Shown here in pieces: positions 31,138 through 41,492 of a DNA stretch of 64,000 nt. This DNA comes from Aquificaceae bacterium (GTDB lineage: Bacteria > Aquificota > Aquificia > Aquificales > Aquificaceae): assembly GCA_041640635.1 (NCBI GenBank), contig JBEPZX010000003.1, forward strand, positions 1 through 64,000. Direction: 5' to 3'. The notes below the pieces were generated by a model. That model did no database searches and was not told the DNA's origin. It saw nothing but the letters and a program-made list of their open reading frames with translations. How positions within the stretch are numbered: the stretch's first letter is position 1; each line of letters starts with the position of its first letter. A program made the position numbers and the translations under genes.

Positions 31138-32262
31138 ATGAAAAGGATAGCTTTTGTATCCAATACAGCGTGGAGTTTATACAACTTTAGATTGGGTGTT
31201 ATGATAGCTTTAAAGGAATCAGGTTACGAAGTTATAGCCATAGCGCCAAGGGATAGATACGCTGAAAGATTAATTCAAAATGGTATTGAATATTATGATG
31301 TATTCATAGATAGGAGTGGTAAAAATCCAATAAAAGATATGAGAACTACTATAGAATTATATAGGCTGTTTAAAAATTTAAAAATCGATCTGGTTTTTAA
31401 CTTTACAATAAAGCCTTGTATATATGGTTCATTAGCTGCAAGGATTGCTGGTACAAAATCAATTTCAGTAATAACAGGACTTGGGTATACCTTTACTAAA
31501 AAGGGTCTATTGCAAGAAATAGTTAAGATCTTATATAGAACAGCCCTGTCTTTTAGCTCTAAAGTATGGTTCCTTAACAAAGAAGATAAAGAATATTTCG
31601 AAAAGTTAAAACTTGTAGATAGTAACAAAGCCCATATTTTGGAAGGTAGTGGTGTAAATACTGAAAAATTTAAACCAGTTAGGAATAATATGAACAATAA
31701 CAACTTTAGGTTCTTGCTTATTGCAAGGATGCTTTGGGATAAAGGTGTTGGTGAATATGTTGAGGCTGCAAGAATAATAAAACAAAAATATTCAAATGTT
31801 TCATTTTTATTGCTGGGCTCTTTAGATTTTAGCAATCCATCTGCTATTCCTATAGATAGAATACAAAGCTGGGTAGAGGATGGTATAGTAGAATACTTAG
31901 GAGAAAGTGATAAAGTTCAGGACATTATAGCTAACGCTGATTGTATTGTGCTGCCATCTTACTATAGGGAAGGTATTCCTAGAGTATTGTTGGAAGCTGC
32001 TAGTATGGAAAAGCCTATCATTGCTACCGATAATGTAGGATGCCGTGAGGTTGTTGAGGATGGAGTAAATGGATTTCTATGTAAAATTAAAGATCCAAAA
32101 GATTTGGCAGATAAAATGGAAAAAATGATAAATCTTGGAGAAGAAGAAAGGTTAAAAATGGGGAAAAAAGGTAGAGAAAAAATGATAAAAGAGTTCGATG
32201 AAAGTATTATTATTGCTAAATTTTTGACAACTATAAAGGAACTTGAATTGGAGAGTTCTTAA
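31138..32262 (+). CDS. glycosyltransferase family 4 (PglA/CapM-like)
   Basis: NTAWSLYNFR, TIKPCIYG, ITGLG, GSGVN, ARMLWDKG and YREGIPRVLLEA motifs. Confidence 0.92.
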   Translation: MKRIAFVSNTAWSLYNFRLGVMIALKESGYEVIAIAPRDRYAERLIQNGIEYYDVFIDRSGKNPIKDMRTTIELYRLFKNLKIDLVFNFTIKPCIYGSLAARIAGTKSISVITGLGYTFTKKGLLQEIVKILYRTALSFSSKVWFLNKEDKEYFEKLKLVDSNKAHILEGSGVNTEKFKPVRNNMNNNNFRFLLIARMLWDKGVGEYVEAARIIKQKYSNVSFLLLGSLDFSNPSAIPIDRIQSWVEDGIVEYLGESDKVQDIIANADCIVLPSYYREGIPRVLLEAASMEKPIIATDNVGCREVVEDGVNGFLCKIKDPKDLADKMEKMINLGEEERLKMGKKGREKMIKEFDESIIIAKFLTTIKELELESS

Positions 32263-32272
32263 ATTTTCTTAT

Positions 32273-34174
32273 TTATTCTATCCATCTTTCATACCACATT
32301 GCGAAAACTAATAATAACCATATCTTATATATATTACTCTTTCTTGTTTCCCATATCTTTTTTATTTTTTCTAGCTCGTCCATATTGAAAACACCTATCC
32401 TTTTTATTATCGACGAATCTAAATAATACATCACGTATTCCTTTAGTTCATTACTTAACCAATCTCCAAGTGGTATACCGAATCCCATTTTAGGTCTTTC
32501 CATTATTTCTTTAGGGATGTAGCTATGAACAATTTGTTTCAAGAGATACTTTTTGTTCCCATTTTTAATCTTGAAATCTCCAGGTAGTCCACTTACAAAT
32601 TCGATAATTCTATGATCTAGTAAAGGTTCTCTGCCTTCCAAACTTGTACTCATAGTAGCTCTATCGACTTTTGCAAGTATATCATCAACCAAATAAGTTT
32701 TGTAATCAATAGCAAGCATTTTATTAATTTCATCGTTGTGTTCGTTTATAGAAAACTCATTCTCAAAATAACCTTTAGAATTTATGTCCATCGATATTAT
32801 TTTGTTTATTTCATTAGGCATAAAGTAAGAACTTAGGTAAGCCATTACGGATGCCAGATCGTTTACATTTGAGGATTTTAGTATGTTTTTTATTTTTTCA
32901 TACCTAATTTCGAAGTTGTATGTTCTATTTATACCTATCAAATACTTTGGATTAACCTTCTCAAGTACTGCTGCAAGTATGCGAGAAAACCATTTGCTAT
33001 AAAAAACTTTCTTTAATTTAGGTATAGCAGTATATTTATCATACCCACCAAATATCTCATCACCACCGTCAGCGCTGAGACTCACCTTTACCTTTTGGCG
33101 TGCTAAACGACTCACTAAAGTTGTAGGAATAGTCGATGGATCTCCAAAAGGCTCATCCCATATTTCACATATGAGTGGCAAAAGTTCTTTCGCTTCTTTT
33201 TGAGTGCAGTAATACTCAGTATGGTCTGTACCTAAATATTCCGCAACCTTTCTTGCATGATGCGCTTCGTTGTACTTCTCTTCATAGAAGCCTATACTAA
33301 AGGTTTTGAGTTTTTCACTTCTGTCTTTTTGTAGGATCGCAGTTACAGCGCTGCTATCATACCCGCCACTCAAAAATACTCCTACAGGTACATCTGAGAT
33401 CATTCTATATTCACATGCAGATTTTAAAAGTTTTTCCGTTTCTTCTTTTGCCTCTTCGAAGCTAATCTTTAATTTTGGTTTGTTGTAGCAATCGATTACG
33501 TCCCAATACTTGTAAATTTTGAACTCTTTGGTAACTAAGTTTAGCTCTGCATAATGACCAGCTGGAAGTTTATGCACATTATTGAAAATACTGTAAGGTT
33601 GTGGGATGTATCCAAATTGGAAAAAGAGAGCTAACGCATCTATGTTTATATCTTTGCTAAACTCTGGATGTTTGTGAAAGCTCTTTAGTTCACTGGCAAA
33701 CAAAAATAAGCCATCTTTAAAGTAATAATACAAGGGTTTTACACCGGCTCTATCTCTGATAAGTACCAATTTCTTTGCCTGCTTATCGTAAATTACAATG
33801 GCAAACATTCCTATAAATTTGTGAACGGCTTGTATACTCCATTGGTCATACGCCTTTAAAATGACTTCTGTGTCGCTATGAGATTCAAACTTGTAGCCAT
33901 ACTTTTCGAGTTTCTTTGCTATTTCGGAAAAGTTGTATACTTCACCGTTATACACAATTTCCAAGTTTTGAAAGCTCATTGGTTGATGTCCACGAGATGT
34001 AAGGTCAAGGATAGAAAGTCTTCTGTGTCCTAATCCTACAGTTGCAAACTCCGTCTCGTAATAGCTATATCCACTATCATCGGGACCTCTGTGATAGAGA
34101 ACATCGGTCATTTCTATCAGTGTATCTTTTTTGGTTCTTTTTCTAAAGTCACAAAATCCTGCTATTCCGCACAT
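32273..34174 (-). CDS. asnB: asparagine synthase-like glutamine amidotransferase
   Basis: MCGIAG, HRGPD, HRRLSILD, NGEVYN, LSGGYDSS, DGGDE, KVDRATM and KMGF motifs. Confidence 0.94.
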   Translation of the reverse strand: MCGIAGFCDFRKRTKKDTLIEMTDVLYHRGPDDSGYSYYETEFATVGLGHRRLSILDLTSRGHQPMSFQNLEIVYNGEVYNFSEIAKKLEKYGYKFESHSDTEVILKAYDQWSIQAVHKFIGMFAIVIYDKQAKKLVLIRDRAGVKPLYYYFKDGLFLFASELKSFHKHPEFSKDINIDALALFFQFGYIPQPYSIFNNVHKLPAGHYAELNLVTKEFKIYKYWDVIDCYNKPKLKISFEEAKEETEKLLKSACEYRMISDVPVGVFLSGGYDSSAVTAILQKDRSEKLKTFSIGFYEEKYNEAHHARKVAEYLGTDHTEYYCTQKEAKELLPLICEIWDEPFGDPSTIPTTLVSRLARQKVKVSLSADGGDEIFGGYDKYTAIPKLKKVFYSKWFSRILAAVLEKVNPKYLIGINRTYNFEIRYEKIKNILKSSNVNDLASVMAYLSSYFMPNEINKIISMDINSKGYFENEFSINEHNDEINKMLAIDYKTYLVDDILAKVDRATMSTSLEGREPLLDHRIIEFVSGLPGDFKIKNGNKKYLLKQIVHSYIPKEIMERPKMGFGIPLGDWLSNELKEYVMYYLDSSIIKRIGVFNMDELEKIKKIWETRKSNIYKIWLLLVFAMWYERWIE

Positions 34175-34495
34175 TTATACATCATAGTCTATCTTTTTAA
34201 ACATGATGGCTTTTTTATTATCATAATAGTGATGATCCCTTATACCTTATAGTTAAGATATTTTATCATATACAAAATTTATAACGGAAAGTCCATAAAA
34301 TATATGAGTTATTCTAATTGAATGTTAAAAATCCAAGAGATTATAAGAGATTATAAACTTAATTAGATTATGATTTAACTGAATTCCTGATCAAACTTGA
34401 CTAAAGAAGATTTTGTCAACAAACTTAATTGAGGATGAGTATGTATTCCAAAGGATTTTCAAAATTATGCGATAATAAATTATAATAAGTAACAA

Positions 34496-35620
34496 ATGAA
34501 TAAAAGAATTAAAGTTTTATACATCATTCCGCGTTTTGTAACTGGCGGGGCAGAAAGACGTGTGTTGAATTTGATGCAACATATCGATAAAGACATATTT
34601 GAAACTGTAGCATTAAGCTTTTATCCAAAATGCGAACTAGTATATGAAAAAGAAATTAAGGAAAAGGGTTTTAAAGTTTTTTTCCTAAATATGCGTTCTC
34701 GTTTAGATGTTAAAGTTGTTTTGGGTATTCATAGAGTTTTAAAGGAATATAGACCAGATATAGTTCATACTAGTTTATACGCACTATTTTACAGCATAGC
34801 ACCTATCGTTCTAAACAAGGTTCCAGTTAGAGTTCATACAATTTCGAATATAGCTAAGGGAGATGCACCACACCCCCTCGTAAAGATATCCAATTGGCTA
34901 AGTTTCCGTTTTTTTGGTGTTGTACCAGTTAGCATATCCAAGAGTGTAGCTCAAAGTGTAAAAGAGTTTTATGGCTCAAACATACAAACACCAATTATTT
35001 ACAATGGAGTTTCGATAGAACGGTTTATAGAATACTCAAAAAAACCAAAAACAATTACAAAAAACTTGGTATTAATTTGTATAGCCAGATTAGCTCCGGA
35101 AAAAAATCATAAGGTTTTAATAGAAAGTTTCCATATGGCTCTTAAAGAGTATGCTGATATGGAACTTTGGCTTGTGGGAGATGGTCCACTGCGCTCAGAA
35201 ATTGAAAAGCTGGTCAAAGAAAAAGGCTTGGAAAGTAAGGTTATTTTTTGGGGAGAGAGATCTGACATTCCTTGGCTTCTTTCTCAATCAGACATCTTTG
35301 TGTTGTCTTCAGATTATGAAGGTGTATCAAACGCTATTTTGGAAGCCATGGCAACAGCTAAACCAATTGTGGCAACTGCTGTAGGAGGCACCCCAGAAGT
35401 TGTGGAATGTAGTAAAACAGGTGTATTAGTTCCTCCGAGTGATCCAAAGGCATTATCTCAAGCCATTCTTAAGTTAGCAAAAGATCCTGAGCTTAGAAAA
35501 AGGATGGGAGAAGAAGGACAAAGAAGAGCAATAGAACACTTTGACATAAAACAAATGGTTCGTCAATATGAAGAACTTTATTTAAGTCTCTTAAAGAAGG
35601 CAGAAAAATCTAACCTATAA
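34496..35620 (+). CDS. glycosyltransferase family 4 (paralog of 21348-22463)
   Basis: GGAER, EKNH, VGDGP and EGVSNAILEAMA motifs. Confidence 0.92.
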   Translation: MNKRIKVLYIIPRFVTGGAERRVLNLMQHIDKDIFETVALSFYPKCELVYEKEIKEKGFKVFFLNMRSRLDVKVVLGIHRVLKEYRPDIVHTSLYALFYSIAPIVLNKVPVRVHTISNIAKGDAPHPLVKISNWLSFRFFGVVPVSISKSVAQSVKEFYGSNIQTPIIYNGVSIERFIEYSKKPKTITKNLVLICIARLAPEKNHKVLIESFHMALKEYADMELWLVGDGPLRSEIEKLVKEKGLESKVIFWGERSDIPWLLSQSDIFVLSSDYEGVSNAILEAMATAKPIVATAVGGTPEVVECSKTGVLVPPSDPKALSQAILKLAKDPELRKRMGEEGQRRAIEHFDIKQMVRQYEELYLSLLKKAEKSNL

Positions 35621-36731
35621 CCAACCACTTAGGAAACTTAAAGCGAACAATTCTCCAGTATAGCCAAACATAAAGAGCACTAAAGCACAGAAAACAAAGA
35701 ACTAGCATAAGCGTGTTCTTATAAAACACTATAGCAGGTAATGCACTCAAAAGACTTAAAAACCAAAAGTAGGGAGCAACTAATGAGTTTCGGCTTATAG
35801 TAAAATACTTGGTTTCTATTGGTTTTTTTATTAGCCTTCTGTAAATCAATGTATGAAAGTGTATATTATCAGGTAGTCCAGGTGAAATTCCACGTAAAAA
35901 TTTCCTTCTGTATATGGAAAATAGAGTTTCGATAATGGGATAAGATGCAAGTGTTAGAGGAAACCATGCGGAAACCTCAGGATTTCTAACAACTAAGAGA
36001 ATGGAAAATTCAGCTATCAAAAAACCAAGCAGGTAAGCACCACCATCTCCAAGGAATATCTTTCCCCAAGGGTAGTTCCACACAAAAAACCCAAAAATAG
36101 CACCACACACTGCCGTGCACATAGCTACTAAAAAGTAGTCCTCTGTAAGGTAGGACACAAAGCCCAAAGATGCGAAAATAATCAAAGAAACGGAGCTAGC
36201 CAAGCCGTTAAAGCCGTCTATTATGTTTATAGCATTTGCAATACCACCTACAGCAAACACGGTAAAGAAGAAAGCAAACAAGAAGGAAATAAAGGAAATA
36301 GCGTAAGTACCAAAAGACACATCATCCGCATTTCTAAAATACTCACTCAAAGACAAAAAGTCGTCCAAAAAAGGTATGTTCACACGGGTTATTAAAGCAT
36401 CTAAAAGAAACACACCTAAGGCTCCAGAGAGCATGGTCATAAGGAGTCTGAAAGTAACACCTGCTTTTTTTGTTAGGTCTTCTATCAAACCACCGGCAAA
36501 AGCTGGTATGGCAGAGATAAGTAGTAGCAAGTAATTAGAGTTCATAAAAGCACCTGCCATTAAAAGCCCCAGAGCTACAGCCACTCCCCCCACACGAGGC
36601 ACAGGTTTCTCATGAAACTTTTGAGGTCCTGCTTCAACAGGGTCATGTGTAATATTACAGAAGCGAGAAACTTGAATCAAGAGAAAACAAACAACTGCTG
36701 AAGTTAAAAAAGAAGCAATAAAAACCCCCAT
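35610..36731 (-). CDS. undecaprenyl-phosphate sugar-1-phosphate transferase (WecA/WbpL, MraY-like family)
   Basis: PRVGG, NAINIIDGFNG, FLGDGG and PDNIHFH motifs; about 11 TM segments. Confidence 0.9.
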   Translation of the reverse strand: MGVFIASFLTSAVVCFLLIQVSRFCNITHDPVEAGPQKFHEKPVPRVGGVAVALGLLMAGAFMNSNYLLLLISAIPAFAGGLIEDLTKKAGVTFRLLMTMLSGALGVFLLDALITRVNIPFLDDFLSLSEYFRNADDVSFGTYAISFISFLFAFFFTVFAVGGIANAINIIDGFNGLASSVSLIIFASLGFVSYLTEDYFLVAMCTAVCGAIFGFFVWNYPWGKIFLGDGGAYLLGFLIAEFSILLVVRNPEVSAWFPLTLASYPIIETLFSIYRRKFLRGISPGLPDNIHFHTLIYRRLIKKPIETKYFTISRNSLVAPYFWFLSLLSALPAIVFYKNTLMLVLCFLCFSALYVWLYWRIVRFKFPKWLVIG

Positions 36732-36764
36732 TTATGTAAAATTTTAACTTATAATACTTCAAAC

Positions 36765-37814
36765 ATGAAGGTATTCATCTTAGCAGGAGGGAGCGGAACA
36801 AGGCTTTGGCCACTTTCTAAGCCTGACTTCCCTAAGCAGTTTTTAAGAATATGTGAAGACAGATCTTTTTTCCAAAAAACCCTACTAAGGGTTCTAAAGG
36901 TTACCTCTCCGGAAAATATTGTGGTCATAACCAGTAAAAACTATGAATCACTTATTATAAAGGATATGCAGGAGTTAGGTATACAAGAGTCATTTTGTAA
37001 CCTGGTGTTTGAACCTGTAGGTAAAAACACGGCGCCAGCTATAGCTCTTGGCATAAAGTATTGTATGGACAAACTAAAGTGCTCCCATGATGAAGTGATA
37101 ATAAGTATGCCCTCTGACCATGTCATAGAGCCTTCTGATGTATTTGCCAATTACTTGAAACAAGCTGAACAAGTAGCCAAAGAGGGTTTTATAGTCACCT
37201 TTGGTGTAAAGCCTACAAGACCTGAAACGGGATACGGGTATATAAAGGTAAGTTCCAAAGATGGCATTTATCGGGACTTTGCTGTCTTTGATGTAGAGCG
37301 GTTTGTGGAAAAGCCAGATCTTGAGACAGCTAAAAAGTTTTTACAGGAAGGTAATTATTACTGGAACTCGGGGATATTTGCCTTCAATATAGGAAAAATA
37401 GTGGAAGAACTGAAAAAACACGCTCCCGAGATAGCTTCATGTTTGGATAAAAATTTTGAAGAGTTTTTGGACAGTTTTTCCCAAATGCCTTTTATCTCCA
37501 TAGATTACGCTGTAATGGAAAAGGCAAAGGACATAAAGATGATTCCAATGGATATTTACTGGAACGATGTAGGTTCTTGGAAATCTCTGTTGGATATTTT
37601 GGAAAAGGACGAGTATGGAAATTCAGTAATTGGCAATGCGATGACTTTGGACACAAGAAGGTCTGTGGTTATAGGCAAAGAAAAGCTGGTTGTAACTGTG
37701 GGCTTGGATGATGTTTTGGTTGTTGAAAGCGATAATGTGGTGGTGGTTTTGAAAAAGGATAGATTGCATGAGATAATGGATGTTGGAAATAAAATTCAAA
37801 GAAGGCATGAATAA
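36765..37814 (+). CDS. manC: mannose-1-phosphate guanylyltransferase (no C-terminal isomerase domain)
   Basis: ILAGGSGTRLWPLS, PKQF, NTAPA, PSDH, ETGYGYI, FVEKP, SIDYAVMEK and WNDVGSW motifs. Confidence 0.92.
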   Translation: MKVFILAGGSGTRLWPLSKPDFPKQFLRICEDRSFFQKTLLRVLKVTSPENIVVITSKNYESLIIKDMQELGIQESFCNLVFEPVGKNTAPAIALGIKYCMDKLKCSHDEVIISMPSDHVIEPSDVFANYLKQAEQVAKEGFIVTFGVKPTRPETGYGYIKVSSKDGIYRDFAVFDVERFVEKPDLETAKKFLQEGNYYWNSGIFAFNIGKIVEELKKHAPEIASCLDKNFEEFLDSFSQMPFISIDYAVMEKAKDIKMIPMDIYWNDVGSWKSLLDILEKDEYGNSVIGNAMTLDTRRSVVIGKEKLVVTVGLDDVLVVESDNVVVVLKKDRLHEIMDVGNKIQRRHE

Positions 37815-37823
37815 ATTAGTATT

Positions 37824-39020
37824 TTATCCTAATACTTTCTCTATCTTTTCTTTCACCATATCTGGTGTTATGTCGTTTATATTTAAAATGCTTGAGTATC
37901 CGTAAATACTCACCAGTTTATCAAATTTATCTAAGTTTTTTTCTATTTCTGGATGATAGATAACGTGATAGTTTGGAGCGATTTCTTTGGGATAAGGTGT
38001 AAATCTACCAAAATGGTTACCATTGGAAACAACAAATACATATTTATCTGAATCACATGCAATGGCAAGATGGGGAGCTGAAGTTTCATTTGATACAATA
38101 ATTTCAGCACCTGAGAGAACATACAACAAATCGACTAAGTTGGTTTTTCCAACTAAGTTGATAAAGTTATAGCCGAAGTAATTAGCAAATTGTAAACTAT
38201 CTTCTGCATCTTTTAAACCTCCACATAAGACTATTTCAAATCCATATTTCTTTTTGAGAAACTTTGCAACGTTAGCAAAGTTGTTTATACTCCACTTTCT
38301 AAATTTTGCACCACCACCTATAAAAAGAACTGCGTATTTTTTTGGTAACTGGAAAGAAAGCTTTTTAGATTTTAACTTAATTTGCGGTTTCTCTATTTGA
38401 ATACTTTCCTCCAATAAGTTCTCAAAAAATTCCTTGTTCCTATAAAACTCGAAAATAATCTCATTCTTTGCAGGAATTAGCTTCGTGTAGTATTTATCAC
38501 TGATTCTTTTTTGCCACCTTTGTATATTGGATAAGTCTCCAACGCTTCCAATTTTTTCTTTTGCGTTGATTAACTTGACAATAAAGTCTCCATAGAAAAA
38601 TTCTCTACTATAGACTGGGTGTATAACTACTTCGTAACCGTGAGAAGTTATTTCTTGAAGTTTCTTATACCTGTATGTGAGGTCTCTATTGAATTTTATT
38701 CTATCAAGCCAAATGAACCTGTCTACATAGTCCTTATCAAGTTCTTCACTTAAGCTTTTCCAAGCGATGTTTCCTAACAAAGTAATAGAGTAGTCTCTAT
38801 ATTTTTTGCTTGTTTTTAAAATCTCGATAAAGTTTCTAAAAAGCACATAATCACCTATTGCATCGAGCCTTATAAGTAGGAGGGATTTTGGTTGTATATT
38901 TTGGGAAGGTTGAACTAGTAAATTGATAGTTTCGTAAAGGGTTGTTTTCAATATATCTTTGGCTAATTTGGTAGTTTTAGATTTTATAGATTGTAGCAAA
39001 GTTCCTGCAATTAAGCACAT
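37824..39020 (-). CDS. glycosyltransferase family 9 (heptosyltransferase-like)
   Basis: IRLDAIGD, RKW, NLVGKTNL and SNETSAPHLA motifs. Confidence 0.85.
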   Translation of the reverse strand: MCLIAGTLLQSIKSKTTKLAKDILKTTLYETINLLVQPSQNIQPKSLLLIRLDAIGDYVLFRNFIEILKTSKKYRDYSITLLGNIAWKSLSEELDKDYVDRFIWLDRIKFNRDLTYRYKKLQEITSHGYEVVIHPVYSREFFYGDFIVKLINAKEKIGSVGDLSNIQRWQKRISDKYYTKLIPAKNEIIFEFYRNKEFFENLLEESIQIEKPQIKLKSKKLSFQLPKKYAVLFIGGGAKFRKWSINNFANVAKFLKKKYGFEIVLCGGLKDAEDSLQFANYFGYNFINLVGKTNLVDLLYVLSGAEIIVSNETSAPHLAIACDSDKYVFVVSNGNHFGRFTPYPKEIAPNYHVIYHPEIEKNLDKFDKLVSIYGYSSILNINDITPDMVKEKIEKVLG

Positions 39021-39787
39021 CTAACTTTATTACATAATAATACCATATCATCCCAAGTTCTACTTTTGAGACGTAATTGTAAAACTTTATGAAATCCAAC
39101 TTTTGCTAATTTAAGGACTTTAAGCTTGAAATTTGAAATTTTCTTTTCTGTTAGCAGATGTAAATTCCTTAGATTTGCATAATGCAAATTATACTTCCTT
39201 GCTATAAAATAAAAGGTTTTTTTACTATAAAAGGAGATATGTTGTCCATGGTTTAGTCCATAATACCACCAATCTTGAGGGTTGGGGACGGGATTTGGTA
39301 ATAGCTCGGTAGTAAGTATAATGTTTCTAGACATTTTTAATAAGAATTCTATTTCATCAATAGGATTAACGAAATGTTCAAAACACTCAAAAGCAGTTAT
39401 AGCTTCGTATTTATTAGAATCCTTGTGCTCGAAACCTTTGGCAAAAATGTTGGGAGTGTATTTATCATACCAATAAAAGTCAAATCCTATATCTCTCATT
39501 AACCGCACAAATACACCGTATCCTCCTCCATAATCTAAGAACTTTGCATCTTTATTAAAAAACAAACTTAGTAAAATTGTAACAATTTTGGATAGGTAAA
39601 TATTTCTCTGTAAATATCCGGTGTCTGAAATATTTATGGGCTCACTGTATGCTTCTTCTAGCCAATAAGGTTCTTCTGTTTGTAGAAAACCGCAGTAATC
39701 ACAATAAAAATATCTTATTGTATACTTACCAAGTACTCTTCCCGTAAAAATTTCTTTTGTAGATTGCTTGCATACTTTGCATTTCAA
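39011..39787 (-). CDS. class I SAM-dependent methyltransferase with N-terminal Cys motifs
   Basis: CKVC...CDYC, LDYGGGYG, FECFEH and QHISFY motifs. Confidence 0.88.
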   Translation of the reverse strand: MKCKVCKQSTKEIFTGRVLGKYTIRYFYCDYCGFLQTEEPYWLEEAYSEPINISDTGYLQRNIYLSKIVTILLSLFFNKDAKFLDYGGGYGVFVRLMRDIGFDFYWYDKYTPNIFAKGFEHKDSNKYEAITAFECFEHFVNPIDEIEFLLKMSRNIILTTELLPNPVPNPQDWWYYGLNHGQHISFYSKKTFYFIARKYNLHYANLRNLHLLTEKKISNFKLKVLKLAKVGFHKVLQLRLKSRTWDDMVLLCNKVRCA

Positions 39788-41244
39788 GCAAAAAGCCTCC
39801 TTACTTTATTTAAAACTCTTTCGTAAATTGATGGTAGATAAAACATTTTTCTACTCGTATACTCATCAGCTTCTATGTCTTTTGTTACTTCGCTAGGGTG
39901 TTGGGTTAATTTTATAGGATAATAGAGAGAGGAAAAAAATAATCTGAAATTTTCTCTTGTGGATTTGTGATGCAACATAGAAAATATACTAACATAAGCG
40001 TAAGAAATCACCGTAGATATTGCCGCGCCTTTAGTTCCATATAAGGGTATTAGTATGATATTAAGAACTACATTGATAATAGCACCAACTAATCCTCTTA
40101 AGAATATTAAATTTTGGAGTCCTTTAGCCAAATACCATTGATGAGTCATTCCTCCGATGAAAGCAAAAATGTTGCTAAAGACGTGGATCTTAAATATGGG
40201 AATACTATCTTCATAGTCCTTGCCAAAAGATAGAAGAACTATGGAAGGAGAAAACACATACAATAAAATGGAGTATAAAAGGCAACTATAAAAAATTACG
40301 CTGTAATAAAGTTGCATGTACTTTTCCTGTTTTGCTTTATCAAAATCTTCACGGTATAATCTAAAAACTGCAGGTGCAAGAGAATTGATAATAACGGGAA
40401 ACAAGAAAAAAAGTGTCTCACTTATTCGCACTGCTGCTGCATACTGACCCACCGCCTCAGCCCCCAGCATTTCCTTTATCATCACCTGGTCGATGCGCAT
40501 ATATATCATTATAACAAGTCCACTCAAAACCAATGGCCAAGAATCCTTCAAAAGGGACTTTGCCGTCTGCAATCTAAAGGTGAACAGCTTTACACTTTTT
40601 AAACCATTTCTACGCCAGTAAAAATAAACATAGCCCATTGCTAATACAAAACTCTCAAAAACCACTACAAAAGCAAAAGCAACGAGGGGAGCATTTATAA
40701 AAATGAGACACACTTTTACAATGCTACCCAAAAACAGAGACAGAGAGTTGGCATAGGCAATAAACTTTCCCAAAACCTTTGCTTGAAAATACATATCTAT
40801 CACATTAAAAGCCTGAAAAATAGTAGAGCTTGCAATTATAAAGATGAGTATATTGGTGTATAGGTCATTTGAAGTGAAGTTGACGGCAATAGCAAGTACC
40901 GTAAGAGTCAGAAAAGCACCTATGAGCTTTAGAACAAAAGCCGTTCCCAGAAGCTCACCCTCTTTTTCTGGATGCTTTACAAGCTCCCTCACCACAATGC
41001 CATCAAGTCCCAATGTAGCAAAAGCGCTAAAAAGTCCTACAAAACTCTGGGCATAGCTCAAGAGTCCAAATTTTTCTGGTCCCAGATACCTTGCCACCCA
41101 TACACCTACAAAAAGCCCAACAAACATTCTGAGAACTTTTTCGGCAAAGAGCCAAGAAGTGTTGGCAAAGTAGCGCCGAAAACCCGGAGAAGAGCTAAGG
41201 TTTGCAGCTTTGGAGATAATGTTCTTAGCAATGTGAATTGCCAT
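39784..41244 (-). CDS. wzx: O-antigen/polysaccharide flippase
   Basis: NTSWLFAEK, ARYLGPEKFG, IYMRIDQVM and LIPLYGTKGAA motifs; about 12 TM segments. Confidence 0.9.
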   Translation of the reverse strand: MAIHIAKNIISKAANLSSSPGFRRYFANTSWLFAEKVLRMFVGLFVGVWVARYLGPEKFGLLSYAQSFVGLFSAFATLGLDGIVVRELVKHPEKEGELLGTAFVLKLIGAFLTLTVLAIAVNFTSNDLYTNILIFIIASSTIFQAFNVIDMYFQAKVLGKFIAYANSLSLFLGSIVKVCLIFINAPLVAFAFVVVFESFVLAMGYVYFYWRRNGLKSVKLFTFRLQTAKSLLKDSWPLVLSGLVIMIYMRIDQVMIKEMLGAEAVGQYAAAVRISETLFFLFPVIINSLAPAVFRLYREDFDKAKQEKYMQLYYSVIFYSCLLYSILLYVFSPSIVLLSFGKDYEDSIPIFKIHVFSNIFAFIGGMTHQWYLAKGLQNLIFLRGLVGAIINVVLNIILIPLYGTKGAAISTVISYAYVSIFSMLHHKSTRENFRLFFSSLYYPIKLTQHPSEVTKDIEADEYTSRKMFYLPSIYERVLNKVRRLFA

Positions 41245-41281
41245 TTTTTATTATTATAAACCTCTTGTGGTTATTTCCATT

Positions 41282-41491
41282 TTAGTAGTTTCCAAAGGTG
41301 TTGTGTTTGTCTTGCTCTTTTATAGATCCATATAGAATTGTGTCTTTTAGTTTATTGAATTCCTTAAAGTAGTCCTTAAGGACTTTTATCAATCTCTTAA
41401 AAGTTACAAGCCTTTCTTGTTCCCTTTGCTTATATTCATTCTCTATTTTCCTTTCCCACAAACTTGCGTCAAAGCTGGAAAAGTCTTTCAT
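41282..41491 (-). pseudogene. truncated minimal nucleotidyltransferase (MNT antitoxin-like) remnant
   Basis: 69 aa starting just after the fcl stop; helical N-terminus, then ILYGS, then stop before any DxD motif. Confidence 0.45.
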
Positions 41492-41492
41492 T

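Noticed and set aside
36765..37814. manC as a truncated pseudogene
   Set aside because: The guanylyltransferase domain is complete and ends at the domain boundary; monofunctional forms are common.
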